Source of the DNA: Alkalispirochaeta sp.
GTDB lineage: Bacteria; Spirochaetota; Spirochaetia; DSM-27196; Alkalispirochaetaceae
Direction: 5' to 3'
Length of the DNA: 64,000 bases
NCBI GenBank assembly: GCA_965242725.1
Contig: CBDESZ010000025.1
Location: 224,001-288,000 of the forward strand
Below are positions 37,636 to 47,745 of this stretch, piece after piece (the first letter of the stretch is position 1; each line of letters opens with the position of its first letter). The notes below the pieces were generated by a model. It saw only the letters and a program-made list of their open reading frames with translations. It made no database searches and was not told the origin of the DNA. The position numbers and the translations under genes are program-made.

Positions 37636-37664
37636 AATGTACGAACCGTATTCACCGGTGTCAA
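37636..37664 (-). promoter_or_regulatory. Sigma70-type promoter pointing toward slyD
   Basis: TTGACA-17 bp-TACATT on minus strand. Confidence 0.65.
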
Positions 37665-37688
37665 GTCGAGGCGTTTTTTACTACGAGG

Positions 37689-38633
37689 ATGCAGCTGGAA
37701 ATGGTGCCCGCAAAACCGCCGGAAAAGAGAGGACTCTTCTCCATTTTTCTTATCATTATCGCCCTGTCTCTGTTCGGCCTTCCTTCCGCGGTCACTGCAC
37801 AGGATCGTCTTTCCGTCGCTCTCGTGCAGTTTTCGGTTGAAGAGGATCTCTATACGAGTCTTGCCCGTTTCCGGCGTCACATTCACCGTCTGGTGGAACG
37901 ATCCTCGGAAGAGTTCGGCGCCGAGGTTGTCGTCTTTCCGGAGTACGTCAATATTTTCTCCCTTCTCCGTGACTACGATATAGCTGTTGACGAAGCCGAT
38001 GGGTTTGACGAGCTTCTCGCGAAGCTTACCGCAACGGAATCCCTTCATACAGTACTTTCCCGTGAGATCGCGGAGACCGTCCCGGCGCTGCGACAGATGT
38101 GGTCAGAAATCGCCGCGGAAGAGGATGTCTGGATCGTCGCGGGTTCTGCCTTTGTCCACGGTCCCGACGGGGGCGTGCGAAACCGTGCGTGGGTGTTTGG
38201 CCCCGACGGTTCTCTGGTGTACCGACAGGACAAGGTATTTCTCACCCCGGAGGAGGCACTTCTGTCCGTAACGCCGGGACAAATAGCGGCGGCGCAGCCA
38301 TTTACGATAGACGGGGTGACCTTCGGTCTTACCGTTTGCAGGGACGGATTCTTCGATTCCTGGGAGGAGATTTTCAAAGATGTCGACGTCTGGCTTGAGA
38401 TTCGGGCGAACGGCGAGCGGTGGACCGATGAGGTTGCACAACGCTTTCAGACGGCCATGCCCGAGCGGGTACGGGAGGCGGGTGTGCAACTGGGGTTGAC
38501 CACGAGTCTCACGGGGCAGTTCCTGGATCTCCTCTGGCAGGGTCCGACGGGGGTCGTCGACGGAAAGGGGGAACCACTCTTTCAGTCTTCAATCGTCGAC
38601 GGTACCGCCATATACGTCATATCCGTCATGTGA
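37689..38633 (+). CDS. Carbon-nitrogen hydrolase (nitrilase superfamily) with N-terminal signal/anchor
   Basis: Triad VVFPEY (E), QDKVFL (K), TVCRDGF (C); hydrophobic leader ending VTA-Q. Confidence 0.8.
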   Translation: MQLEMVPAKPPEKRGLFSIFLIIIALSLFGLPSAVTAQDRLSVALVQFSVEEDLYTSLARFRRHIHRLVERSSEEFGAEVVVFPEYVNIFSLLRDYDIAVDEADGFDELLAKLTATESLHTVLSREIAETVPALRQMWSEIAAEEDVWIVAGSAFVHGPDGGVRNRAWVFGPDGSLVYRQDKVFLTPEEALLSVTPGQIAAAQPFTIDGVTFGLTVCRDGFFDSWEEIFKDVDVWLEIRANGERWTDEVAQRFQTAMPERVREAGVQLGLTTSLTGQFLDLLWQGPTGVVDGKGEPLFQSSIVDGTAIYVISVM

Positions 38634-38688
38634 TCCTCTCCCCGTACAATCCTTTCCCAGTCGCTGCCGCCTCGGGTACACTGTATCC

Positions 38689-40401
38689 ATGACAGACAGA
38701 CACACCCGAAAGCTGAAGCCCTGGGATTTCCTGACGGAGTACCGTCCCTCCCATTTCTCCGGAGAGTGGCCGACGTTACCCCAACTGTTCGAGATCACGA
38801 CGGCCCGCCATCCGGACCGACCGTGTTTCACCGTCTACCGCGAGGGACGTCGCGTTTCACTGACCTATCGGGAGGCGCATCAGAAAATCATCACCCTCTC
38901 CCAGTACCTGCGCTCGTTGGGAGTAGAACACGGTGATCGGGTTGCCGTCTCGGGAAAAAACAGCCCTGAATGGGGAATAACCTATCTATCCGTTCTCTTT
39001 GCGGGCGGGGTCGTCGTTCCCATCGATTACCAGCTGAGGGACGAGGAAATCTCAAACCTCATCGCCGCGTCGGGTGCGTCGGTACTCGCCATAGACGAGG
39101 AGCGGTATGACACCTTTCACACGTCCGAGCTCCGTTCCGGTGTGAGTCACGTCCTGAGCCTTTCTCCCCGGAAAGAGCGGTATATCTACGATCTCTCCGC
39201 GTCGGAGGAGTACGCGGTACAACCGGCAGGTGAACACGAACTCGCGGCGATTCTATACACATCGGGCACGACGGGGCGTCCCAAAGGGGTCACTCTGACC
39301 CACGCAAACCTCGTTTCAGACTGCTTTCTCGCCCAGGAGAACCTCACCATTTACCATACCGATGTCTTTTATGCACTTCTGCCCATTCACCACAGCTACA
39401 GCATGCTGGCGGTCTTCATCGAAAGTTTTTCCGTCGGTGCGGAAACGGTATTTGGATCGCGCATGGCGGTGACACATATCCTCCACGATCTCAAGGCGGC
39501 GGGAGTGACGATGTTTCTCGGCGTTCCCCTCCTCTTCAACAAGCTTCTTGGAGGGATCATGCGAGGAATACGGGAAAAGGGCGTTATTCCCTACGCGCTC
39601 GTACGGACACTCATGTGGATCAGTGGAATCATAAAAAAGACGACCGGTACCAATCCGGGGAAGGCGCTCTTCGGAACCATCCTGGATAAGGCGTCATTAC
39701 GCACCATACGGATCTGCATTTCCGGGGGCGGACCGCTGGCACCGTCCGTGTTTCGTCGCTATAACCAGCTGGGCATCGATTTTGTGCAGGGCTACGGTCT
39801 GACCGAAACATCGCCGATTCTCACCCTCAATCCCAAGGATCGCTACAAAGAGGAAAGCGTCGGGAAAGTCCTTCCTCAGGTGGACATGCAGATTGTCGAC
39901 CCCGATGAACGAGGCGCGGGCGAAATCGTCGTCAAGGGGCCGATGGTCATGCAGGGGTACTATGAAATGAAGGACGAGACGGACGAGGCGTTCACCGACA
40001 GGGGATATTTCCGTACCGGTGACGTGGGCTACCTTGATCGCGACGGTTATCTCTATCTCACCGGTCGCGCAAAAAACCTGATCGTCGGAGAGGGAGGAAA
40101 GAACGTCTATCCCGAAGAGATAGAAAACGCATTTCAGCTCTACGAGGAGATCGCACAGATCCTCGTCCGCGGATACACCCAGAAAGGCGGTGACGGAGGT
40201 GAACTCATCGAGGCGGTCATCCATCCCGACGTTGACCGTTTTGACGATCGAAACCGCATGGTTGACCGCATGAACGAAATCGTTGCGGAGGTGAACCGGG
40301 GCCAACTGCAGTCGTATCAACGAATTTCCCGGGTCATCGTCCGGGATGAGCCGATGGAAATGACCTCCACAAAGAAAATCAAGCGAAATGAAGTCGAGTA
40401 G
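38689..40401 (+). CDS. Long-chain fatty acid-CoA ligase (AMP-binding)
   Basis: ILYTSGTTGRPKGV, QGYGLTETSP, FRTGDVG, GRAKNLIV, GKNVYPEEIE, TSTKKIKR. Confidence 0.92.
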   Translation: MTDRHTRKLKPWDFLTEYRPSHFSGEWPTLPQLFEITTARHPDRPCFTVYREGRRVSLTYREAHQKIITLSQYLRSLGVEHGDRVAVSGKNSPEWGITYLSVLFAGGVVVPIDYQLRDEEISNLIAASGASVLAIDEERYDTFHTSELRSGVSHVLSLSPRKERYIYDLSASEEYAVQPAGEHELAAILYTSGTTGRPKGVTLTHANLVSDCFLAQENLTIYHTDVFYALLPIHHSYSMLAVFIESFSVGAETVFGSRMAVTHILHDLKAAGVTMFLGVPLLFNKLLGGIMRGIREKGVIPYALVRTLMWISGIIKKTTGTNPGKALFGTILDKASLRTIRICISGGGPLAPSVFRRYNQLGIDFVQGYGLTETSPILTLNPKDRYKEESVGKVLPQVDMQIVDPDERGAGEIVVKGPMVMQGYYEMKDETDEAFTDRGYFRTGDVGYLDRDGYLYLTGRAKNLIVGEGGKNVYPEEIENAFQLYEEIAQILVRGYTQKGGDGGELIEAVIHPDVDRFDDRNRMVDRMNEIVAEVNRGQLQSYQRISRVIVRDEPMEMTSTKKIKRNEVE

Positions 40402-40437
40402 ATGCGCGGCGCTGATTCGGTGTACAAATAGAGATAC

Positions 40438-42072
40438 ATGATCAGCGCACAAAATATCAGTTTATCCTTTGGAGGAATCCCCCTCTTCAAGGACGTTAAT
40501 ATTAAATTTACCCCCGGCAACTGCTACGGTGTCATCGGCGCCAACGGCGCCGGGAAATCGACATTTCTCAAGATCCTCTCCGGCGAAATCGAGGCGGATA
40601 CGGGCTCGGTGACGGTGGGGAAGGGTGAGAGGATCGCCGTTCTCCGGCAGGATCAGTTTGCCTTTGACGAATATCCCGTTCTTCACACGGTCATCATGGG
40701 GTATCGCGCCCTCTATGATGTGATGATCGAAAAGGACGCGATTTATTCAAAGGAAGATTTTTCCGAAGAAGACGGAATGCGCGCGGCGGAGCTGGAAAGT
40801 GAATTTGCCGAAATGGGCGGATGGGAGGCCGAGGCCGAGGCGTCGCGCCTGCTCTCGGGGCTGGGACTGTCCGAGAGCCTCCATGAGAAGGAAATGTCCG
40901 AGCTTGACGGGAATCAGAAGATCCGTGTCCTTCTTGCCCAGGCGCTCTTCGGGGAACCCGATATCCTCCTCCTGGACGAGCCGACAAACAACCTCGATCT
41001 CGAGTCCGTGGGATGGCTGGAAGAGTTTCTCTTCAACTTTCACAACACCGTTATCGTCGTCAGCCATGACCGCCACTTTCTGAACCGCGTCTGTACCCAC
41101 GTTGCGGATATCGATTTCGGCAAGATTCAGCTCTACGTCGGAAACTACGACTTCTGGTATCATTCGAGCCAGCTTGCACAGAAGCAGGCGCGGGACGAAA
41201 AACGCCGGCGGGAGGATAAAATCGCGGAACTGAAGGAGTTCATTCAGCGCTTTTCCTCCAACGCCGCCCGCAGCCGACAGGCAACGAGTCGTCAGAAACT
41301 TGTCGAAAAGCTGACAATCGACGATATACGGCCTTCCAGCCGGAGAAGCCCCTACATCAATTTTGAGATGGAACGGGAGCCCGGCAAGAAAATCCTCGAG
41401 GTAAAGGGGCTGACCGCGTCGGTTGAGGGGGAGCTGGGCCTGCAGAACTTCACCATTACCGTCCATCCCGGAGACAAGATTGCCTTCGTCGGCCCCTACC
41501 ACAATACAAAGACGCGTCTCTTTGAGGTTCTTTCGGGAGAAGCGGAGGCCGATACCGGGAGCTACGAGTGGGGTACGACGATGAAGCCGGCGTATTATCC
41601 CAAGGATAACAGCCGATACTTCTCCCGTGAACTGACCCTCGTGGAGTGGCTTCAACAGTACAGTCCCGTGGAGGAGGAGGCGTACGTGCGGGGTTTTCTC
41701 GGACGAATGCTCTTCAGCGGTGAGGAGTCCCTTAAAAAGGTTACCGTATTGTCCGGTGGCGAGCGGGTCAGGTGCATGCTTGCAAAAATGATGCTCGCCC
41801 AGCCCAACGCGGTCATCATGGACGAACCGACAAACCACCTCGATCTGGAGTCAATTACCGCGCTGAACGACGGATTGATCGCCTTCAAGGGAAATGTACT
41901 CTTCACCAGCCACGATCACGAGTTTGTGAATACCGTGGCGAATCGTATTATCGAATTTGTTCCCGGAGGCATCATCGACAAGACGATGCCCTTTGACGAG
42001 TACATCGCCAGTCCCGAGGTAAAGGCGCTGCGGGACACGAAATACCACGAACATCATACGGTAGAGATTTGA
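40438..42072 (+). CDS. ABC-F family ATP-binding protein (YbiT/YkpA-like)
   Basis: Two ABC domains, no TM segments; GANGAGKST, LLLDEPTNNLD, VGNYDFW linker, LSGGERVRCML. Confidence 0.93.
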   Translation: MISAQNISLSFGGIPLFKDVNIKFTPGNCYGVIGANGAGKSTFLKILSGEIEADTGSVTVGKGERIAVLRQDQFAFDEYPVLHTVIMGYRALYDVMIEKDAIYSKEDFSEEDGMRAAELESEFAEMGGWEAEAEASRLLSGLGLSESLHEKEMSELDGNQKIRVLLAQALFGEPDILLLDEPTNNLDLESVGWLEEFLFNFHNTVIVVSHDRHFLNRVCTHVADIDFGKIQLYVGNYDFWYHSSQLAQKQARDEKRRREDKIAELKEFIQRFSSNAARSRQATSRQKLVEKLTIDDIRPSSRRSPYINFEMEREPGKKILEVKGLTASVEGELGLQNFTITVHPGDKIAFVGPYHNTKTRLFEVLSGEAEADTGSYEWGTTMKPAYYPKDNSRYFSRELTLVEWLQQYSPVEEEAYVRGFLGRMLFSGEESLKKVTVLSGGERVRCMLAKMMLAQPNAVIMDEPTNHLDLESITALNDGLIAFKGNVLFTSHDHEFVNTVANRIIEFVPGGIIDKTMPFDEYIASPEVKALRDTKYHEHHTVEI

Positions 42073-42079
42073 GATATCC

Positions 42080-42107
42080 GGCGGCGCCCCTCGGGGGCCG
42101 CCTTTTT
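42080..42107 (+). terminator. Intrinsic terminator after the ABC-F gene
   Basis: GGCGGC...GCCGCC stem followed by TTTTT. Confidence 0.75.
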
Positions 42108-42155
42108 CAGCATATAGAATCGTGTTGCGGTGACGGGGACATCTCGATATACACG

Positions 42156-44561
42156 CTACTTCTTCGATTCACCTCTGCCGCCGTCAAGGGTGCTGCACGG
42201 CGTGACCACCATGGGAGCGTCGGCATCCACCTTGACATTTCGCCCGCAGACTATGCATTCCACCGGCGGTCCTTCCAGCAGCTCCAGTCGGTATTCATCA
42301 TGGGTGAGATGTACCATCACCCGGCTGTCGCCCCAGCGCAGGGGGAAGTGCATGCCCGACCACGTACGGGGCAGGCGCGGGTCAAATGAAAGAATTCCGC
42401 GGTAGCTGCGCATGCCGGCAAAACCGTAGGTGAGGGTCATCCATACGCCGCCTGTCGACGCGATATGGACGCCGTCGACGACGTTGCCCGAGACATTTGC
42501 CAGATCCATAAAGAGGGCATACTGAAAATACTCAAGGGCCTTTTCTTCGTACCCGATTTCAGCGGCAAGTATGGACTGCATGCATGCAGAAAGGGATGAG
42601 TCGCCGGTAGTGATAGGGTCGTAGTAGTCAAAGTTGCGCCGCTTTTCCTCAATTGAAAACTCGTTGCCCAACAGGACAAGGGCGAGCGCGACGTCCGCCT
42701 GCTTTATGACCTGATGACGGTATATCACCAGGGGGTGATAGTTGAGCAAAAGGGGGTAGTGGTCCTTGGGAGTATTTGCAAAATCCCACCGTTCCTTCTG
42801 AAGGAAGTTGTCATCCTGGGGGTTGATACCCCGTTTCTCGTCAAAGGGGATGTACATTGCGTCGGCGGCATCGGTCCACAGGGTAACCTCTTCATCCTGT
42901 ATTCCCGTCTCATGAACCAGATGGGAATAGGTTTTCGGCCGATCCTTCTTGATCCACGCCACCGTCTCCGCGGCGTACCGCAGATTGGCCCGGGCCATGA
43001 GGTTGGTAAAGGTATTGTCGTTGACAACCGTTGTGTATTCATCCGGTCCGGTCACGCCGTGGATGTGGAATTCACCGTTCTCCGGATTGAAAAAGCCAAG
43101 GTGAATCCACAGCCGCGCCGTCTCGATAAGGATTTCCGCTCCCGACTCGGCGAGAAAATCGTAATCATCCCGGACTTCCACATAGTGGCGTATGGCGTAG
43201 GCGATGTCGGCGTTGATGTGGTATTGAGCCGTGCCCGCCGCGTAATAGGACGACGCCTCCTCACCGTTGATGGTTCGCCATGGAAAGAGGGCCCCCGCCT
43301 CGGAGAGTTCCTGGGCGCGGCTCCGCGCCTTGTCGAGCATGCTGTGCCTGAATCGCAGGAGATTGCGGGCGATTCGCGGTTCGGTGAAGGTGAGGAATGG
43401 CGCAACATAGACCTCGGTATCCCAGAAATAGTGTCCCTCATAGGCCTGTCCGGTGAGTCCTTTTGCAGGTATTCCCGTCGTCTCCGCCCGCGCCGATGCC
43501 TGGCAGAGCTGATAGAGATTCCACCGTACCGCCTGTTGGATGCGCGGTTCCGTATCCACGACCACGTCCGAGTGCTGCCAGAAGCGATCGAGGTAGCTCT
43601 TCTGGGCACTGAGAATGCGATGAAAGCCGTCGCGGACTGCACGATCGAGGGTACGATTGCACCGGTCAACGAGCTCCTGGCTGGGAACTGACCGGGAGGT
43701 GTGGTAGGTGAAGTACTTGGTGATGACGATCGGTTCGTTCGCCTGCGCCTTGATGACAAAGACCACCTTGCTCATGTCCTCGCCCCAGGTGCAGTTTGTG
43801 TACCATTCATTTTGCGTCTCGATCGTGTGATCCATCCCGGTACCCAGGGACATCCGGGAGTTGGAAGTTCTATACCCCGTTATCAGTCGGAGGTTGTCTT
43901 CATGATGTGCCTTTGCATTCAGAACGCGCTGAACGAACTGACGTCCCTTGCGGGGATCCTTCCTGTTGCCGTTTTGCGGTTCGTCGATTCCACGGCTGTC
44001 CTGCCGGTTCAACAACTGGGAAGAGACGACGACCGGGGCGTCCGTGTCGATTTCGATCTCGTAGCGAATGGCGCCGAGATGGCGGTATTCCAGAGATACG
44101 ACGCGTTCAGACCGAATTCTCACCTGCTTGCCCGCCGGCGACGACCAGTTCATGTCGCGCCTCAGCACGCCGGCGCGAAAATCCAGTTCCCTGTTGTATT
44201 CCGTCATCCGGGCAGTGGGAAGATAGAGCGGTTCGTCGTCAACGTAGAGTTTCAGGAGCGTCGGATCGGGGACGTTGACGATTGTCTGTCCCGTGCGGGC
44301 AAAGCCATACGCTTCCTCTGCGTGAATGATCGGCCACGTCTCATGAAAGCCGTTGCAGAACGTACCCGCCTCAACGGTGGGCCGTCCCTCCTCAAACATG
44401 CCCCGAATTCCAAGAAACCCGTTGGAAAGGCTGAAAATCGTCTCGGCGGGACCCATCCAGTCTTCGTCAAAATGGGTCTCCACAATTCCCCACTCATTGG
44501 GGGGATACAGATGGCTCGGCAGGTGTTCAATCGCTCGCGGAATCATAGGGTGTAGTTTCAT
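42156..44561 (-). CDS. Glycoside hydrolase family 65 (trehalose/maltose/kojibiose phosphorylase-like)
   Basis: ETIFSLSNGFLGIRG, KGLTGQAYEGHYFWDTE, FPWRTINGEE, VTGPDEY, VIKQADV, GDSSLS; start uncertain (44546-44582). Confidence 0.93.
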   Translation of the reverse strand: MKLHPMIPRAIEHLPSHLYPPNEWGIVETHFDEDWMGPAETIFSLSNGFLGIRGMFEEGRPTVEAGTFCNGFHETWPIIHAEEAYGFARTGQTIVNVPDPTLLKLYVDDEPLYLPTARMTEYNRELDFRAGVLRRDMNWSSPAGKQVRIRSERVVSLEYRHLGAIRYEIEIDTDAPVVVSSQLLNRQDSRGIDEPQNGNRKDPRKGRQFVQRVLNAKAHHEDNLRLITGYRTSNSRMSLGTGMDHTIETQNEWYTNCTWGEDMSKVVFVIKAQANEPIVITKYFTYHTSRSVPSQELVDRCNRTLDRAVRDGFHRILSAQKSYLDRFWQHSDVVVDTEPRIQQAVRWNLYQLCQASARAETTGIPAKGLTGQAYEGHYFWDTEVYVAPFLTFTEPRIARNLLRFRHSMLDKARSRAQELSEAGALFPWRTINGEEASSYYAAGTAQYHINADIAYAIRHYVEVRDDYDFLAESGAEILIETARLWIHLGFFNPENGEFHIHGVTGPDEYTTVVNDNTFTNLMARANLRYAAETVAWIKKDRPKTYSHLVHETGIQDEEVTLWTDAADAMYIPFDEKRGINPQDDNFLQKERWDFANTPKDHYPLLLNYHPLVIYRHQVIKQADVALALVLLGNEFSIEEKRRNFDYYDPITTGDSSLSACMQSILAAEIGYEEKALEYFQYALFMDLANVSGNVVDGVHIASTGGVWMTLTYGFAGMRSYRGILSFDPRLPRTWSGMHFPLRWGDSRVMVHLTHDEYRLELLEGPPVECIVCGRNVKVDADAPMVVTPCSTLDGGRGESKK

Positions 44562-44604
44562 CGATTCCCCCGGCAGGTGCAAGATGTGACCCCCGGAAAG
44601 GGAG

Positions 44605-45405
44605 CTATTTCCGGGCCAGTCTGTAGGAACCGAGAAGGATGACGACCACTCCCACCCATTGCAGGGGAGTCACCCTTTCGCCGAATACAATCACCCCTCC
44701 CACAACAGGCGTAATGATAAATGCCGAGGTGAACGTGGGAATGATGTCCACCGCCCGGGCCTTCCCGTAGCCAAATTGAATGACCACCATGGAGGCGGCG
44801 GACAATCCGATCCACACAAGGGTGATGGGATCGGTCACCACGCTCCGGACAAGGGCAAGCATCCCTGCCGTGAAGTCTATGCTGTTCGTCGAAACTTTCT
44901 GGAAGAGCTGGGAATATGCTCCCAGAAATCCCGAAAGGGTACCGAAGAGCGTACCCCGGAGGGGCCCATCCGAAATAGCTGCAATTGCAACGCCCGCCGC
45001 AGCGGTCACCGCGGCGGGTATCACCCACAGAGGTATCACCCGTAATACCGTAGGCCCCGGGCGGGAAAAGAGGGCGATCAGAACCGCTCCTGCTGCGATG
45101 ACCGCCATCGCGACGGTGTCGCGCATCTCCAGTCGTTCGTTCATGAAACGGGAGGCAAAGAGACTGACACTCACCAGGCCGGTACCGGCCATCGCGCCGA
45201 CGACGGATACAGAACCTACCGCAATCGCCCCGAAAACAATGAGAAACGAAAGTCCCGACGCGATGACAGCGGCGGCCCAGATCGCCGTACCTCGTTTCGG
45301 GTGTCCTTTCCGCATCTCCAAACCGATCTTCTGAACCGCCTGGGAGAGATTGAGAATGGAGTACCCGACAAAGGCGAGGGCGGCGGACAGGAGGGGCGAG
45401 TGCAT
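44605..45405 (-). CDS. DMT superfamily membrane protein
   Basis: About 9 TM segments in two EamA-like halves (FMNERL; GGVIVFGERVTPLQWVG). Confidence 0.7.
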   Translation of the reverse strand: MHSPLLSAALAFVGYSILNLSQAVQKIGLEMRKGHPKRGTAIWAAAVIASGLSFLIVFGAIAVGSVSVVGAMAGTGLVSVSLFASRFMNERLEMRDTVAMAVIAAGAVLIALFSRPGPTVLRVIPLWVIPAAVTAAAGVAIAAISDGPLRGTLFGTLSGFLGAYSQLFQKVSTNSIDFTAGMLALVRSVVTDPITLVWIGLSAASMVVIQFGYGKARAVDIIPTFTSAFIITPVVGGVIVFGERVTPLQWVGVVVILLGSYRLARK

Positions 45406-45477
45406 TCATAGAACCTACTCACGCGGGTCCGGAGAGGCAATTTGAAGTTCCGTGGTCCGATGGTTATGTTTGTACCG

Positions 45478-46392
45478 ATGAATGTAAGTGTCGTGATTCC
45501 CACCTATAACGAAGAAGAAAACCTCCCTCCGCTGCTCTCCGATCTGGCCTCCCAGACGGAGAAGGAGGTGGAGGTGATCGTCGCGGATGCCAACTCTGCC
45601 GACCGGACCCGGGAAATTGCCGGGGAGATGGGGGCCGTGGTGGTGGACGGCGGCCTGCCCGCAGTGGGAAGAAACGCCGGAGCCGCCGTCGCGTCGGGGG
45701 ATATTATCTGCTTTCTCGACTCTGATGTGCGTATTCCCCCCCAATTTCTCCGTAACGCCATAAAAGAAATGAAGTCACGCGGTCTTGTTGCCGCAACCGC
45801 CCAGGCACGGCCGATTTCCAATCTTCTCATGGACCGCCTCATTCACCGATCGGCAAATCTCTTTGTCCGTCTCAATCAGGAACGGGATCCCCACGCTCCG
45901 GGGTACTGTATCTTCGTGACACGGGATGTCTTCAGGAAAATCGGCGGTTTTGACGAGTCAATCAAGGTTGCAGAGGACCACGACTTTGTCAGTCGGGCAA
46001 GCGAACACGGTCCGTTCAGAATACTGGACAACGCCTGGTTCAAAGTGAGTGTCCGCCGTTACGAAAAAGAGGGAAGAATTGCCTACTCCCTGAAGGCCGC
46101 GATGATCACCGCCTATCGTGCGATGTACGGCGAAATCACCGATGAATCGGTGGTTGAGTATGAGTTCGGCGATTTTGAGGCGGAGGACAAGACGACCGTA
46201 CAGAAAGCACTCCGAAAAGTGGAAAAGGGGATCAACAGAATGGATCGGCGGACGCAGAAGCTTGAAAAGAAGCTCGCAAAGGCGATCCGGAAAGGCTCCC
46301 CCAAAACGGAAGACTACCGTCAGGCCCTTGACCGTCTGCGCACCCTCATTCGAGATACCGGAAATTCCCTTTTTGGAAATGATTCACGCTGA
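45478..46392 (+). CDS. Glycosyltransferase family 2
   Basis: VSVVIPTYNEE, IVADANSADRT, GRNAGA, FLDSD (DxD), GGFDE, AEDHDF, SVRR. Confidence 0.9.
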   Translation: MNVSVVIPTYNEEENLPPLLSDLASQTEKEVEVIVADANSADRTREIAGEMGAVVVDGGLPAVGRNAGAAVASGDIICFLDSDVRIPPQFLRNAIKEMKSRGLVAATAQARPISNLLMDRLIHRSANLFVRLNQERDPHAPGYCIFVTRDVFRKIGGFDESIKVAEDHDFVSRASEHGPFRILDNAWFKVSVRRYEKEGRIAYSLKAAMITAYRAMYGEITDESVVEYEFGDFEAEDKTTVQKALRKVEKGINRMDRRTQKLEKKLAKAIRKGSPKTEDYRQALDRLRTLIRDTGNSLFGNDSR

Positions 46393-47745
46393 CGGTGCAA
46401 GGGAGCCGCTTTTCGCCACCTCCCGAAAGAAGTGGTAACTCTCCCTGGGTGTACGTTTCTGGCTTTCATAGTCAACATGCACGAGCCCGAAGCGTTGTCC
46501 GTAGCCGTAATGCCACTCAAAATTGTCCAATAGACTCCAGACAAAGTACCCCCGGATATCCTGCCCTTCGGCGATGGCGCGATGGAGCTCCACGAGATAG
46601 GAACTGAGATAATTGATGCGTCGTGTATCGTGAATGCGGTCCTCCTGGACCGGATCGTCGTAGGAGGCGCCGTTTTCGGTGATGATTATCGGCGGATTCC
46701 CGTACCGATCACGGATCCAGCGCAGGATTCGGTAGAATCCGGGGGGATACACTTCCCATTCCATGTCGGTAAAGAGCACCGACTCATATAGGGGGCGCAA
46801 AAGCCGGAATCCGATGAACGGGAAGAGGGTCCGGCGGGCGATGAACCGGGAATAATGGTTGACACCGAGGAAATCGGGCGGCTTGTTGATGATCTTCCAG
46901 TCGGTTGATCGAATCTGCCTGTTCAGCAGATGCATCACAGGGCCGAGGGCGCGGGGATATCGGCCCAGATAGATGGGATCCATAAAGAGTTCATTGAGAA
47001 CCGCCGAGACAAGGTCCGCAACACGTTCATCCACACTGCGATGGGCGTAAACCGGCGCGAAACTGTTGGCGATACCGATCACGCTCTCCCGCTGATGGGC
47101 CCGTATGGCGTCCACCGCGAGACCGTGGGCAAGAAGAAAAATGTGGGCCGCCTTCGCCGCCGCAACGGGAGAGCGCCGTCCAGGGGCGTGCGTCCCCGCG
47201 AGGTACCCCGCGCCCGTCACCGAAAGCGGCTCGTTGAGGGTAATCCAGTGGGAGACTCTGTCTCCCAGGCGACGAACGACGGCGGCGGCGTAGTCGGCGA
47301 AAAGGTAGGCGGTTCGGCGATTTGTCCAGCCGCCGGTATCTTCCAGCGCCTGGGGGAGGTCCCAATGAAAGAGCGTTACATAGGGGGTGATGCCTCGTTC
47401 AAGGAGGCTGTCCACAAGGCGGTCGTAGAAGTCGAGTCCACGCTCTTCCAGCCGTCCCGTTCCCGTCGGAAAAATCCGCGGCCAGGCGATTGAAAAACGA
47501 TACGCTCCGACGTTGAGGCGTTGTATGAGGGCGACGTCCTCCCGGTACCGGTGGTAGTGATCGCACGCAACATCTCCGGTGCTGCCGTCCCGTATCGTTC
47601 CGGAGCGGTGGGTAAACCGGTCCCACACACTTTCACCCTTGCCGTCGGCATTCCACGCCCCTTCAATCTGGTACGCCGAAGTGCTGACCCCCCAGATAAA
47701 GCGGTCGGGAAAGTGCAGCGTCGACGGAGATCCCTTTTCGGTCAT
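46384..47745 (-). CDS. GH1 beta-glucosidase
   Basis: FIWGVSTSAYQIEG, DHYHRYREDV, TLFHWDLP, TLNEP (acid/base), ITENG (nucleophile), WSLLDNFEW. Confidence 0.95.
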   Translation of the reverse strand: MTEKGSPSTLHFPDRFIWGVSTSAYQIEGAWNADGKGESVWDRFTHRSGTIRDGSTGDVACDHYHRYREDVALIQRLNVGAYRFSIAWPRIFPTGTGRLEERGLDFYDRLVDSLLERGITPYVTLFHWDLPQALEDTGGWTNRRTAYLFADYAAAVVRRLGDRVSHWITLNEPLSVTGAGYLAGTHAPGRRSPVAAAKAAHIFLLAHGLAVDAIRAHQRESVIGIANSFAPVYAHRSVDERVADLVSAVLNELFMDPIYLGRYPRALGPVMHLLNRQIRSTDWKIINKPPDFLGVNHYSRFIARRTLFPFIGFRLLRPLYESVLFTDMEWEVYPPGFYRILRWIRDRYGNPPIIITENGASYDDPVQEDRIHDTRRINYLSSYLVELHRAIAEGQDIRGYFVWSLLDNFEWHYGYGQRFGLVHVDYESQKRTPRESYHFFREVAKSGSLAPSA

